Shown: positions 1 to 12,434 of the stretch, piece by piece | How the letters are laid out: the number at the start of each line of letters is the position of its first letter | Position numbering within the stretch: position 1 is the stretch's first letter | DNA from: Chiloscyllium plagiosum | Taxonomy: Eukaryota | Direction of reading: 5' to 3' | Length of the DNA stretch: 43,781 bases | Assembly: GCF_004010195.1 (NCBI RefSeq) | Contig: NW_025215360.1 | Coordinates: 38,673-82,453, forward strand | Position numbers and translations under genes: made by a program | Notes under the pieces: model-generated | What the model was told of the DNA's origin: nothing | Databases searched by the model: none | Seen by the model: the letters and a program-made list of their open reading frames with translations, nothing else

Positions 1-754
1 CTGGAGGTGGTGCAAGAGATGGATTAGGAGAATGTAGCTCTTCTTGGAAGTGGGATTCAGAGGCTACATGGAAAATCATAAAGACTTTGTAGTGTCACGA
101 GCTGTCAACTAGATGTTTTTAAGATGTTGCTACTTCATGTGTAGGCAGGAGCAGCAGATTAAAGACTTTCTCATTAGCTGACTGCATTAATCTAATTTCC
201 CTTCTGTACAAGAATGGACTCATTACTCTCCCTGTCAGCTTGGTTGTTTGCTTATCCAGTGGGGTCAGGAGCCGAGCACCAGGCACCAATCCTACCACTA
301 CCACATATTTAAGCTTACTGTGTACATTCTTCTCTTGCAGAAGTTGAGAAGGTTTACTAGTAGGGCTACATGAGCACACAGTTTGAAATGTTGACTTGTC
401 GAACTGTGAATGTTTGTTACTATGACTTTTTTGTTTTACGACTAAGATGAATATGATCTTTCAGTGAAGGAGTTAAGGGTTTTGAATGAATGCTGCTTCT
501 GTTCCATCAAACATTTAGAGGGTCTGAAAGATAATAAGGACTTACTTGATGTGTGTGCCTAAAATACCTCTAAGTTGTTGAGATCAAGGCCATCTTTTGT
601 AGTTGTATCCTTGTCCCATGCAAACCATTGGTGAAAAGCCATCAGTGTGTACGCTCCCCTAGTTACGATGAAAGGTAATTGAGCTGATGGCACATGAACT
701 GCTGACTGCTGGTAGTTCCTTCAATGTCTTAAGTGCAGATGTCTGAAAGGCAGG

Positions 755-950
755 TAAAGGTAAAGTAGTCATAGTCCTACTAGACTGTAATGCCGTGCTA
801 TCATTAGAAAGAGATGACGGATGGTGGTTTAACATGAGGGCGAAGGGTGAAGTTGAGAAAGAGAGTCCCTCATGTTAGCCTCAGCCATAATGGGAGTTGA
901 ACCACATTATTGGCATCACTCTACATTGCAAACTGACATCCACACAACTG
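755..950 (-). mobile_element. Old tRNA-derived SINE, same family as 16400-16618
   Basis: The reverse complement has a B-box-like GGTTCAACTCCC and shares the body (...AAACCACCA...TCTCT...ACTTT) with the copy at 16400-16618. Confidence 0.6.
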
Positions 951-1077
951 GCAGTGAATTCTACATCATCTTAACCTGCAAGGGTTTCCTTTGGTTAAGA
1001 GTCACACTGTCTCCAATGTCTATGTAAGGGGTAGCTGGCATTTCTCAGCATCAGTGCTTTTAATAGTTTTCCTTACT

Positions 1078-1324
1078 CAGATGCTAGGAATGGTTCGTAC
1101 CTGTCTTAGACACTGGGAACAACTCGTCCCAGTCCCAGACATTGGGAACAGCCTGTCTTATTCCCAGATACTGGGAACAGACCGCCTCAGTTGTAGAAAC
1201 CTGGAAAAGCCTGTCTCGGTCCCAGATGTTAGGAACAGCCCGTCTCATTCCCAGACGTTGGGAATAGCCTTTCTCATTATTAGACATCGTGAATCCGTCT
1301 CTTTTTCCCAGAGTCAGCAAACAG
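1078..1324. repeat. 29-bp-period minisatellite, about 8.5 diverged copies
   Basis: Units start YAGA every 29 nt (the last full unit is 28 nt); consensus approximately CAGACAYTGGGAACAGCCYGTCTCAKTCC. Confidence 0.9.
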
Positions 1325-1589
1325 TATCACACTGCAGATAGTTAGCAGAGCAGCAACACATCAGGGAACTTTCCTGTTGATGAAAATGGGATTATAAAAA
1401 GTGGTGGAAGTATTGGGAAGATCCACTATCAGCCTTATCCTCACTGTTGCACTGACCACTTCACCCCACGCCTCCAAGACTTTGAAAGAAATGTGCAGAT
1501 GCTCCCCTTCTTTAAGTACAACAAGTGCCAATGCATCGAACAACTTACTGATACTTCGAATTGATGCTGAATGTGAAGGAGTTGGAGTA

Positions 1590-1962
1590 GCTGTAATATA
1601 GTGGTTACATTACTGACCTAGTGTCTTGGCTGGAATATTGATCTGTAGAGAGAAATTCAGATCCGAATTTGCATTTAATTAATTAAATTAATAAAATTTT
1701 CTTTATAAAATGGTAGTGTCCGTAATGGTGACCACAAATCTACTGAATTGTAGTAAGCACACATGGTTAATTGATGCCTTTCAGGGAGAAATCTGCTATC
1801 CTCACCCGCCCATTCCTACTTATGTGCTCAGACTCTCAGCAGTGAGATTGAAGATCACCTGCCTTCTGTAATAGCCTAGCAAACCATTCAGTTACATTTA
1901 ACAAAGTGACCCAACAGCATCTTCAAAAGGGGCAGTTAGATGGCATTAAATGCCAGCTTTCT
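1590..1962 (+). mobile_element. Old tRNA-headed SINE (SacSINE1/DeuSINE-like) with a tail shared with the LINE at 9300-12020
   Basis: A-box-like TAGTGGTTA head, central GTAATGGTGACC...GAAATCTGC...GCCTAGCAA, and tail GGGCAGTTAGATGGCATTAAATGC resembling the LINE 3' end. Confidence 0.6.
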
Positions 1963-1964
1963 CA

Positions 1965-2221
1965 ATGGCGATATAAAAGAGACCTAAAGGGCAATTTTTT
2001 AGGCCAAAGGGTGGAATGTGTATGGAATGAGCTGCCAGAGGAAGTGGTGGAGGCTGGTACAATTGCAACATTTAAAAAAGCATCTGGATGGATGTATGAA
2101 TAGGAAGGGTTTAAAGGGATATGAGCCAAGTGCTGGTAAATGGGACTAGATTGGTTTGGGATATCTGTCGGCATGGACGGGTTGGACCGAAGGGTCTGTT
2201 TCTGTGCTGTACATCTCTATG
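1965..2221 (+). mobile_element. CR1 (HER1-like) LINE 3' fragment
   Basis: Encodes RDLKGNF...VWNELPEEVVEAGTIATFK, followed by a 3' UTR ending TGCTGTACATCTCTATG; homologous to 24600-25227. Confidence 0.9.
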
Positions 2222-2436
2222 TTTATGTGGAAAACATCAAAGCCAGTAGCAAGAATACTTAATTCAGAGAAGTTCAGAGATAACTGTCTGAAACTTCTAT
2301 TTACTCTTCTGAGTAAAAAGTAACACTTTCTCAATTGTTAATTAAATATGGAGTTTCATTGTCCGAGGAACATTATTAGACCCTAAAATTGTACGTACTT
2401 TTATAGATACTTATTAAAGTCACACCTCGCACAAAA

Positions 2437-3415
2437 AAAGATGGTTGTGGTTGTTGGTAATCAGTAATCTCAATTCCAGGCCTTTTGGCAGGAGCTCTTC
2501 AGAGAAGAGTCCTAGGCTTGACAGTTTGACACCATCCAGGACAAAGCATCTGCGTTAATGGCACCCCATCCACAAACAGGCATTCCCTCCACCACCAATG
2601 GACAATAGTAGCAGTCTGTGCCATTTATAATCATAGAAACATAGCAAGAGTAGGCCAGTCAGCCCTTTAAGCCTGCTCCACCATCCAACATCATGATTGA
2701 TCATCTAATTCAGTACCCTATTCCCACTTCTCTCCCTGTACCCTTTGATGCTTTTAACTCCACATGTAACTCCTTTTTGAAAACATTCAAAATTTTGGCC
2801 TCGGTCACTTTCTATGACAGAGAATTCCAAAGGTTCACCATTCTCTGGCAGAAGAAATTTCTCCTCATCTTAGTTCTAAATGGCTTACCCTATATCCTTA
2901 GACAGTCACCCTGGTCATTCGAAGTATTGTTCCAGTGTTTAGCCTGTCCAGTCCTGTTAGCATTTTTTGGGTTTTTATGAGATCCTCCTATTCTTCTAAA
3001 CTTCAGTGAACATCATCCTAACTGATCCAGTCTTTCCTCAAACGTTAATCTTGCCAACCAAAAAATCAGTTGAGTGATCTACAAGATGTTCTGTTGAAAT
3101 TTATCAAGTCTCCATATCAGGACCTTCCAAACTCACAACCACTACAATTGAGGATAAGGGCATCAGAGGCATGGAAACACCACTAGCTGCAAGTTCTCCT
3201 CCAAGCCTCTCACCATTCTACTTTGAAATATATTGCTATTGCTTTAGTGTCACTGGATCAAAACTCTGGAACATCTCCCTAACAGAATTGTGGATCTACA
3301 CCAAATGGATTGCAGCTGTTCAAGAAAGCAGCTCACCACCACATTCTTCAGAGCAATTTGGTTTGGGCAATAAATGCTGGGCTAGCTGGCAATGTCCATG
3401 CATAAATAATAAAAA
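2437..3415 (+). mobile_element. Deleted 3' fragment of the second LINE family, interrupted by an antisense CR1 3' piece at about 2630-3075
   Basis: 2437-2628 and 3077-3415 align with parts of 11010-12020; the intervening segment reads as a reverse CR1 tail. Confidence 0.8.
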
Positions 3416-3674
3416 GGTTCTAATATGTTTACATAGAATACAACATGATTAGAAAAGAATAAACAGCTCTAACCATTTCATTATTCAATTTTATAAATGG
3501 CTTTGGAGACATACTACACTTTTCATTATATCACTTTATCAAGATGAATGAGTTATTTGATCACAATCAATAAGAAAATGACTCTTCATGGGATGCTAAA
3601 TATACTAATTATTAGGAGAAGATTCTAACCTTTTTTAATGTTCAAATAACATTGCAGCGGCTGATATCACTCAC

Positions 3675-3852
3675 CTTCAAAATTTTCCACAGAAATATTC
3701 TCTTCTTCTGAATCTCCCTTTGACTTCTTTTCCCTTTTTCCAGTGAGGTTGCTGCAGTCAGTGTCACTTAATTTATTGTCCTCTAATGATTCTTCAGAAA
3801 CTTTATCATCCCGTTGCTTCATCTCAAGTTCAGAGAAGCGCATCATAGCACG
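3675..3852 (-). CDS. BCOR: BCOR exon 6
   Basis: ggttttag|CGT GCT ATG ATG...GAA G|gtgagt; 178 nt encoding RAMMRFSELEMKQRDDK...VENFE. RAMMRFSELEMK is conserved in BCOR. Confidence 0.94.
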
Positions 3853-4235
3853 CTAAAACCATAAATGATAAGATGAAATAATAACATATTATGTTAATAA
3901 AACAATATTTTCACATCTGTACTTTATGCCCATTGGAAGGTTTTTTTTCTAAAACACTGAATAGCGTTAATTTGTACTGATGGGCTATTTATTAAAATGA
4001 ATAGCTATAGTGTCTCCATGAGAAAGAGAGAATATTGTAGTTTTTTAAAAAAACAGTACATTTCTGTTGCATACAATCTTGTAACATGCTGGAGAGTTTC
4101 AACACAACACAAGGAATGTAGCTTGTACACTCATCTTGGGGCTATTGACTCACTGCTAAAACTTTGTTAACAAAAAACATTTAACAGTTCTTTTATTTTA
4201 GTTAAAACAATCTGAGAAAAATCTTAAGAACTGAC

Positions 4236-4292
4236 CTCACAGTAAGCAGCAGGCTGATATAAAATACTGTCCTCTTGTGATAATCCTTCCAT
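4236..4292 (-). CDS. BCOR: BCOR exon 5 (57-nt symmetric cassette exon)
   Basis: gaatag|ATG GAA GGA...TGT GAG|gtcag encodes MEGLSQEDSILYQPAAYCE, matching human exon 5 MEGLQEDSILCLPAAYCE; phase 0-0. Confidence 0.92.
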
Positions 4293-4550
4293 CTATTCAA
4301 TCAAAATGATCACTCAGTGGGGAACTTTTTCATTCATTTTTACAGACATAAACCAATATTTCACAACAAGAATGAAAATTAAGAAGCTTAATACCTATCA
4401 AAAAGTGTGTAAATCTGCAATGCTTACTGAACACCTCACACATACAATTATGTACAGAATGCTGAACACAAATGTGTGAAACAAAGCAAAGAAGCATGAA
4501 GAGGAAGAGGAAGGGATTCACCTTGCTCATACCATAGCTGGCAGATCAAT

Positions 4551-4574
4551 ACACACACACACACACATACACAC
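4551..4574. repeat. (CA)n microsatellite
   Basis: acacacacacacacacatacacac. Confidence 0.9.
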
Positions 4575-5074
4575 AGTGTCACTATAACAGGGGGACAGCT
4601 CATCTTTGCAGGCCTGTTGACGATGGTATTACTAATTGGGTTTACTCCTACTACATCTTGGTTTGACGCTATGGTGCAAGAATGATACAGGAAACAATGT
4701 CTAACATTTGAACATGCTACACAAGTATAACAAGAGCATCTATTGGGATGATTACAAGTGTATCCAATTACAAAATTCAATTGAATGAGCAGCATAACCA
4801 AGAATACAAAGGACAAAGCCAAAACGTGACAATATACAAGTCTAGAACACATACGCCAGACCATCCATTTTTTTAATACACAGGCATGTATATATATCAA
4901 CCTTTCCCTAGTGTTTTTTTTTCTTGAAATCATATATTTTATTGGGATGACTGGATTATACAGAAGACTACAAATAGTGAAATATAAAGGGCATGCAAAG
5001 TCAATAGCGCAAAGTCACAAGACTGCTGGCAAAATGTGCAAAGTTTCTGGAACAAGGTACAACATTATATGGGT

Positions 5075-5312
5075 ACAATGGTCCAGTATTAGGATAACAG
5101 AATAGAAACCAGCAAGTCTCAAGTTCAATTCCGCTGTGGCAATTTGAGAAAATGTATCCAAAATATTCAATAATATAGCTAAAATTACCAGGAAAACTAA
5201 TGTTCTGTTATTACATTTCCTACTTTGCTAAATGTGATTCAAGTCCCTTAATACACTCATGACAATTAAGAGGAGCAATAAACATTGCCTTGTTGGTATC
5301 ACCAGTATCCCC
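5075..5312 (+). mobile_element. Highly diverged tRNA-headed SINE remnant
   Basis: AGTTCAATTCC B-box-like motif and tail GACAATTAAGAGGAGCAATAAA...TATCCC like the other copies. Confidence 0.4.
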
Positions 5313-5541
5313 AGGACAATTTAGATTTAACTGCTGCTAAGCATCATCACTTGCACACTCATAATAATCAACAGCATAGCACTGCATATAAATTAAACCA
5401 AAAATCTCATAAAGCCCTTCTCTGAATTTCACAAAAGTTTTCTCACCCATTGAGAGTATAAAATATTAAAAGTCAAAAGATCTTACCCAGCCTTGTAACA
5501 ATTTAATATATTAGCTACTGACAAATAAGTCAGCGACTCAC

Positions 5542-8412
5542 CTGTAGTGCTCGTTGTTCTCGACTTAGCTGGCTAGAATCGGCATACAGTTCTGTTGTGA
5601 CACACTTAAATTTATCTCCCACATACCCAGCTGAGTTGGCAATTCGCTTTGTTAGATTAGACTTTTTTGGCTTCATAAATTTAGCAGCTGCTATGTCCAA
5701 GTCATCAGTTCTGTCTTTGGTATCACTGTGATTCAATTGAGCCAAAAACTGCTCAGCTTCAGCACCAAATTCCTTATTGGTATTTATATTACCCATAGTT
5801 GTGGGAACACTATCAATGATGCGACCACCGTCCGATAGATCAGTGATCAACTGAACTGTTGTACTCTCCTTACTTTGGCAGTCTGAAATAAAATCTTTGT
5901 TTAAGTTCTGATTTGGTAAACATTGACCCTGTGATGAGCTACAAAACTCTACTGCCTTGAGAACATCTTTGTCTTTTTGGACACTATCTTGCTTGGCGAT
6001 GGCTTCCACAGAGTCAACTGTTTGCTCATCAATTTCTTTCATAAAATATTGTTTGTTGCTTCCTTCTGGCAGGATGCTCTTTTTAGATGCTTTTGCTTCA
6101 ACTTTTCCCCATTGATCATTGTGTTCCACGATTAAGGGTTTATCCTTGTAATCTTTGGCAAACATTTTGCCATGATTCTTTGGATTAGAACATGAGACCT
6201 CAGGTCCAATGGAAACATGTAACTGAGTTGCATTTGATTTCTGTGAAATTTCTGTTGGTTTCCCTCTGTTAATCGGCTCTTCATGACATCGAAGTCGATC
6301 ATGTGACCTAGATCGCCGTTGTGCTCCTTCACTCCTTTTCTCTTCTTGTGAAGTGAGTGATGAAATTATAGGGTTGATCAAATTTTGTGTGTTGTGAAAC
6401 ACGGTGTATTCACCTCTGCATGTTGGCAAGCTGGTATAAGAAAGTCTATGCTTTGGCGCCAAGTTTCCTGCATACAAATTGCCATTAGGCAATAAAGCAG
6501 GATGGGGAAACACAAGTCCTTTATCGGGTAAAGGAAGGTGGCCAATGGAGATTCCTTCAGGTGTGGAGTAGGTGAAATATCTGTTTGGATATGGTAAAGG
6601 TGGGGATAAAAATGTCTCGTTTGGAGTGAGAAATATCGAACCTGATGAATGGCCACTTTCAGTTGAATGTGATGCAAAATCCTGACAACCACCTTTAGTC
6701 CCTTTAGTGGACTGCTGGCTGGGTACTGGAGAGGACTGCCCTGTTTGGTGAATCACAGATGTTTTATTTGAAGAGTTATTTCTATGAGCCTTCTCAGAGT
6801 GACCCCATTCAGTACTAACATTTGGTGATGGTGAAGCAGAAGCAGGTCTGCCCAATCCAGACACTGGACCTGGAATATGATTGACAGAACCATTGGAACT
6901 CCCAATTCTAGGGCATGAGGAACTTCTCTGATGAGGAATTATACGCTCTAGTGTTTTATTGCTCACCAATATACTACTAGTTTGATGGTCACCAGGAGAA
7001 CTAGAACCAGGAATGGCCCAGGTTGAGTGCAATTTGTTGATAATAGCAGGTCTTTCAATAGTGAGTTCATTATGTATTGAAATTGCTGAAACTTCAGAAT
7101 GACTTTCCCTGCTAGGAAATGTTTCCTTGCTAGACAATGAGGAATTGTTGCGCCATTTGCCAGCTGCTGATACTGGCACCACCTTATCAGCACTCTCAGT
7201 CTTGGATACCTGATCACTTGAGGTCTCACTACAACCTACTTTAGAAGACAGATCTAAAGGCTTCTCACTGCAGTCTTTCGTGGGCGTCTGTGTTTCTTGC
7301 TGTAATGGAGACTTGGTAGCTTTTTGTTCAGGCTGAGAGCTTCGTGAATGTGTAACTGTTTGTTGCAAGCTATCCCCAGATTCTGTTGGTTTTGAATTTT
7401 TGCTGTTCGTTGATCGTGCAGGAGAAGCAAATTCACTGCTTAGGCTTAAATAACCATGAGGAAGTGCCATTGAAGGAGAAGGACCAGATAGTCTGGCAAG
7501 ATGTTTCTGGAATTCAGAAGAGCTCTCTCCAATCTGTGATGAGGAAAGATGAAGCCGGGCAGGTGGTTTAGGAGATTGCAACAGTGAAGCAGGATCTGCA
7601 GGAATACTACTAGTATTTGCCTTTTCATTAGCTGCAATCCTTGTTTTCTTGCTGCTCGATATTTGATGCGTCAAAATTTGTGGATCAACTTGCAATCTAG
7701 GATTTCCCGTCATTATTCCTGACAGGCATTTATCAGGACAATGAACCATTGAAGACATTATGGGTGATGTTGCAGCTGGTGTAATCCTTAGTGGAGAAGG
7801 AAGAGATGATGGGATGTGAGGCAAACCGTAGTGTGGAGGTGGTATGTACAAGAAGCGATCGCTGTGACTACAGACAGGTGAATAGGAGATGTGTTGTGGT
7901 AAGCCATAAGAATTCTGGGAAGGTATCAAGCATGTTTTATACATGTTCATTGAGTATTTGCTTGGTGATTCCACAAATGGATACATCCCTGGTGCTGGAC
8001 TCTCCATGTATGGGCTAACCCACGGAAGCCGCAAATAACTTGGACCAGTTCCATTCACTGGTGTTTGTTTACCAGCTGAAGATCCTTCTAAACCCAATGG
8101 TTCACTTCTTGCACCAGCAGCATTTTGTAGTCCAGGTGGTGATTTGTACAGGGTGCTAAAGCTTTCATGAGGCTTTGTGCAGCCACTGCCATTTTCTAGG
8201 GTTTCTGGCGGATGTGATTTATAATTCAAATCAGGCATTCTATCAGTCATAAATCCTAGGCTGGTCATTGCAACTGCAGCCTCTTGCTCCTTCTCATTTC
8301 TAAGCCCACGTGCAGTAGGATACAGAATGCCATTATGATTTCTCAGCTCTTCTTGCATGATCCCACTAGCAGCTCTAAGTCGATCAATTTGTCTCACTGA
8401 CGTTGCATCCAC
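5542..8412 (-). CDS. BCOR: BCOR giant exon 4 (957 codons), including the PLDLS motif and the BCL6-binding segment
   Basis: Corresponds to the 960-aa ORF, bounded by ctgtctag|GTG and CAG|gtgagt. Contains BCOR hallmark blocks YLRLPWVSPYME, RFLYIPPPHY, KPLDLSSK, GRPASASP and KRIANSAGYVGDKFKCVTTELYADSSQLSREQRALQ. Confidence 0.97.
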
Positions 8413-9299
8413 CTAGACAGGATTACAGAAAGATTAGTTATAAACATCTATTATGTTAATTTGATGTCTTTCTGGTTTCAGTTTGTTTCAGAGTTGTTAT
8501 TTTAATAAAATGGTAAAATTCATTATCAACTAACATTAATGATTTAAAATAGCAACAATTGTGGACAAATAAAACACAGTGATACAATAGCATTGCAAAA
8601 TGTTACATCACACACCTTGGCTCTTATAGACTACTTATCAATATAATATTACTGTTTATGGAAGTAAAGTAACTATTTTGGTGATCACAAATTCATTTTC
8701 TAAAGAACATTTTCAAGCTGCTATACTGTTCTTTTTGCCTTTGATGTGCTCACTCTTAAGTCGTCAAACATCAACGCACAATCATGCTATCCCTGCTGAT
8801 ATGTCACTCATCTTTGCTAGCTCAAATTAAAATCATTGCCTGATTCAAAACGAGCCTAATGTTTTATCTATTATTGGATCGATCACATCAAGTTATAGCA
8901 TACTTTGGTCTCTTGACCCAAAAAGACCATTTTTTTTTGCCCCAAGTGACATTACATGTATGCATGGATAAACTTCCTTTATAACTTTTTCAATGTTTGG
9001 ATCTAATTCCATTTCTTTTTTTTTACTGTAAAATCACCTCTAGCTGTTTGCCAAACATTATTTTGTAGTATAGTCACAAATTCTAGCAGCTGAGTATTGA
9101 GAAGATTGAATCTATCCCCGTCAGCATCCACAACACATTTGACTTTTTTTGCCACTCAGTTCATTCACTCCTCTCTCCATTCACTCAATCTAAACCATGC
9201 CATGTAAAACTCAGTTCCTGTTTGATCCTGGTTTGAACTTCAAATAATATTTCATCACCGTGGCTACTTACTTCCAACTCTTCAGTATCCTATATAAAA

Positions 9300-12020
9300 A
9301 AAATTGGGAAAGTTCTCTCACAGACTAGTCAAGCAACAGTCTGACAATCATTCCTATGGAATCATGCCTTACAGATAATGTCCCAGACACCACCATTACT
9401 ATCCCTGGATATGTACTATCCCATTTGAGGGACAGACTCAGTAGAGGTGGCAGCACAGCCGGGCGGGCTTTGTCCTGGGAGTTCTTGACATCGACTTTGG
9501 ACTTCAGGTTAAACATAGGCAAGGAAACCTCTTACTGGTTAGCACATACCATCCTCCTTTGACTGATGAATCAGTACTCCTCTATGTTGAACAACACTTG
9601 GAGGAAGCACTGGAGGATGGCAAGGGCACAAAAGGTACTCTGGGTGGGGGATTTCAATGTCCACCACCAACGGTGGCTCAGCAGCAACTTTACTGATCGA
9701 GCTGGTCAGGTCCTAAAGGATATAACTGCTAGATTGGGTCTGCAGCAGGTGGGAAAGGAACTAACAAGAGAAAAAAAACATACTTGACCTCAACCTTACT
9801 AATCTTGCAGGCTGCAGAAGTGACCACCGCACTGTCCTTGTGGAGATGAAGCCCTGCCTTCACGTTGAGAATAACCTCCATTGTATTGTGTAGCACTATC
9901 ATGCTAAATGGGACAGACTTCAAACGGATCTGGCAGCTCAAGACTGGGCATCCATGAGGTGCTGTGGGCCATCAACAGCAGCAGAATGTACTCCAGCACA
10001 ATCTACAATCTCATGGCCTGGCAATATCCCCCACGCAACCATTACCATCAACCCAGGGGATCAACCCTGGTTTAATGGAGAGTGCAGGGGGAAGACAAGA
10101 GCAGCATCTGGCATACCTAAACATGATATGTCAACCTGGTGAAGCTACCAAACAGGACTATTTGCACACCAAACAGCATAAGCAGCAGAAGTGATAGACA
10201 GAGCTAAGTGACCCCACAACCAACAAATCAGACCTAAGCTTTGCAGTCCTTCCACATCCAGTTGAGTACGATGGTGGACAATTAAACAACTCACTGGAGG
10301 AGGTAGCTCCACAAATATCCCTGTCTTCAATGATGAGGAGCCCAGCACATCAGAGCAAAAGATAAGTCTGATGCACTCACAACAATCTTCATTCAGAAGT
10401 GTCGAGTGGATGATCCATCTCGTGCTCCTCCAGTGGTCCCCAGCAGCACAGATACCAATCTCCAGCCAATTCAATTCGCTCCACATGATATCAAGAAATG
10501 GCTGGAGACACTGGGTACTGCAAAGGCAATGGACCCTGATAACATTCCGGTAAAAGTACTGAAGACTTGAGCTCCAGAACTTGCCACTCCCCTAGCCAAG
10601 TTCTTCCAGTACAGTTACAACACTGGCATCTACCCGACAATGTGGAAAATTGCCCAGTATGTCCTGTACACAAAATTGCAGGACAAATCCAAACCCAGCC
10701 AATTACCACCCAGTCTACTCTCCATCATCAGTAAAGTGATGGAAGGTACCATCCACAGTGCTATCAAGCAGCACCTGCTCAGTGACACCAAGTTTGGGTT
10801 TCGCCAGGGTCACTCGGCTCCCGATCTCATCACAGCCTTGGTTCAAACATGGACAAAAGAGCTGAATTCTAGAGATGAGGGGAGAGTAACAGCCCTTGAC
10901 ATCAAGGCCACATTTTACCAAGTATGGCATCATGGAGCCCTGGCAAAACTGGGATCAATGGGTACCGGGGGCAAACACTCCAAAGCTTAAAGTTATACCT
11001 GGCACAAAGGAAGATGGTTGTGGTTGCGAAGGGTCAGTCATCTCAGCTCCAGGACATCTCTACAGGAGTCCCTCAGTGTAGTGTCCTAAGCCCAACAATC
11101 TTCAGCTACTTCATCAACGACTTTCCCTCTGTCATAAGGTCAGAAGTGGGGATGCTTGCCAATGACTGCACAGTGGTCAGCACCATTCGTGACTCCTCAG
11201 ATACTGAAACAGTCCATGCTCAAAGGCAACAAGATCTGGACAATATTCAGGCTTGGGTAGACAAGTGGCAAGTAACACTTGTGCCACACAAATGCCAGAC
11301 AATGACCATCACCAATAAGAGACACTCTTAACCACCACTCCTTGACATTCAGCTGTACTACCATCACTGAATCCCCCACTGTCAACATCCTTGGGGTTAC
11401 CATTGACCAGAAATTCAACTGGACTCACCATATAAACACAATGGCTACAGTGCAGGTCAGAGACGAGGGATACTGCGGCAAGTAACTCACCTCCTGACAC
11501 CCTAAAGTCTATCCACCATCTACAAGGCACAAGTCAGGAGTGTGATGGAATACTCCCCACGTACCTGGATGGGTGCACCTCCAACAGTATTCAAGAAGCT
11601 CGACACAATCCAGGACAAAGCAACCTACTTGATTGGCACCACATCTACAAACATTCAATCCCTCCACCACCGTCGCTCATTAACAGCAGTGTGTACTATC
11701 TACAAGATGCACCAGAGAAATTCACCAAAGATCCTGAGACAGCACCTTCCAAACCCACGACCACTTCTGTCTCAAAGAGGTAAGGGCAGCAGGTATTTGG
11801 GAACACCACCACCTGCAAGTTCCCCTCCAAGCCACTCACCACCCTGACTTTGAAAATACCACCGTTCCTTCATAGTCGTTGGGTCAAAATCCTGGAATTC
11901 CCTCCCTATGATCATTGTGAGTCAACCCACAGCAAGTGGACTGCAGCGATTTAAGAAGGCAGCTCACCACTACCTTCTCAAAGGGCAAATGGGGATGGGT
12001 TATCAATGCTGGCCAGCAAT
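9300..12020 (+). mobile_element. Degenerate non-LTR retrotransposon (CR1/L2 group) ORF2: AP endonuclease plus reverse transcriptase, with many stops and frameshifts
   Basis: ORF fragments include LWVGDFNVHHQRWL (endonuclease), FGFRQGHSAPDL, ALDIKATF, GVPQCSVLSPTIF..FIND and MLANDC (decayed FADD), followed by a 3' tail. Confidence 0.95.
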
Positions 12021-12434
12021 GAATACTAGAATCTGTTCAAAGTTTAAACATCCAAAAACTGTTCAACATGAAATTTGCTCTTCCATTAATCCATCTTTGC
12101 TTGCAACATTGGTTCAGTCTCCCATTTGCATTTATTTCAAATTGTAATCACTTACAAATTCCTCCATGGCTCACAAGATTTTAATTTGATCAATTCTTCA
12201 ACACTTGTCCCACACGGCTTTCACCTCTGCCTCAGTGCACCCTATTGTCTTCTGCATTATCTTTGTTGTCAAATCTTCAGCTGCTTCAGTCACATTCTCA
12301 ACAATGTTCTATACTGCATTCCACTTCTTTCCTAACTTTCAATTGCCAAACTTTTTCTCATTTTTCCCAATCGTTTCCTCCATAGTTCACTATCTAGTTC
12401 ACTGGATCAGCACTTCAAATAAAATCAGTGCACT

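Noticed and set aside
1..750. BCOR exon 7 or other coding exons near the left edge
   Set aside because: Candidate acceptors near 742 and 523 run into stops in the required frame, and no BCOR-like peptide is recognisable.
1078..1324. CRISPR-like array (29-nt period, palindromic)
   Set aside because: Units are directly tandem with no unique spacers, there are no cas genes, and the context is a vertebrate intron.
4330..4933. 161-aa and 66-aa Cys/hydrophobic ORFs
   Set aside because: These arise from TG-rich intronic composition and include the microsatellite; no recognisable domain.
5530..8412. 960-aa ORF as a stand-alone gene starting at GTG
   Set aside because: The GTG follows a splice acceptor and the final VSR-stop reads into the donor site; it is an internal exon.
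9300..12020. Active or domesticated reverse transcriptase gene
   Set aside because: There are multiple stops and frameshifts, and the catalytic motif has decayed to LAND.
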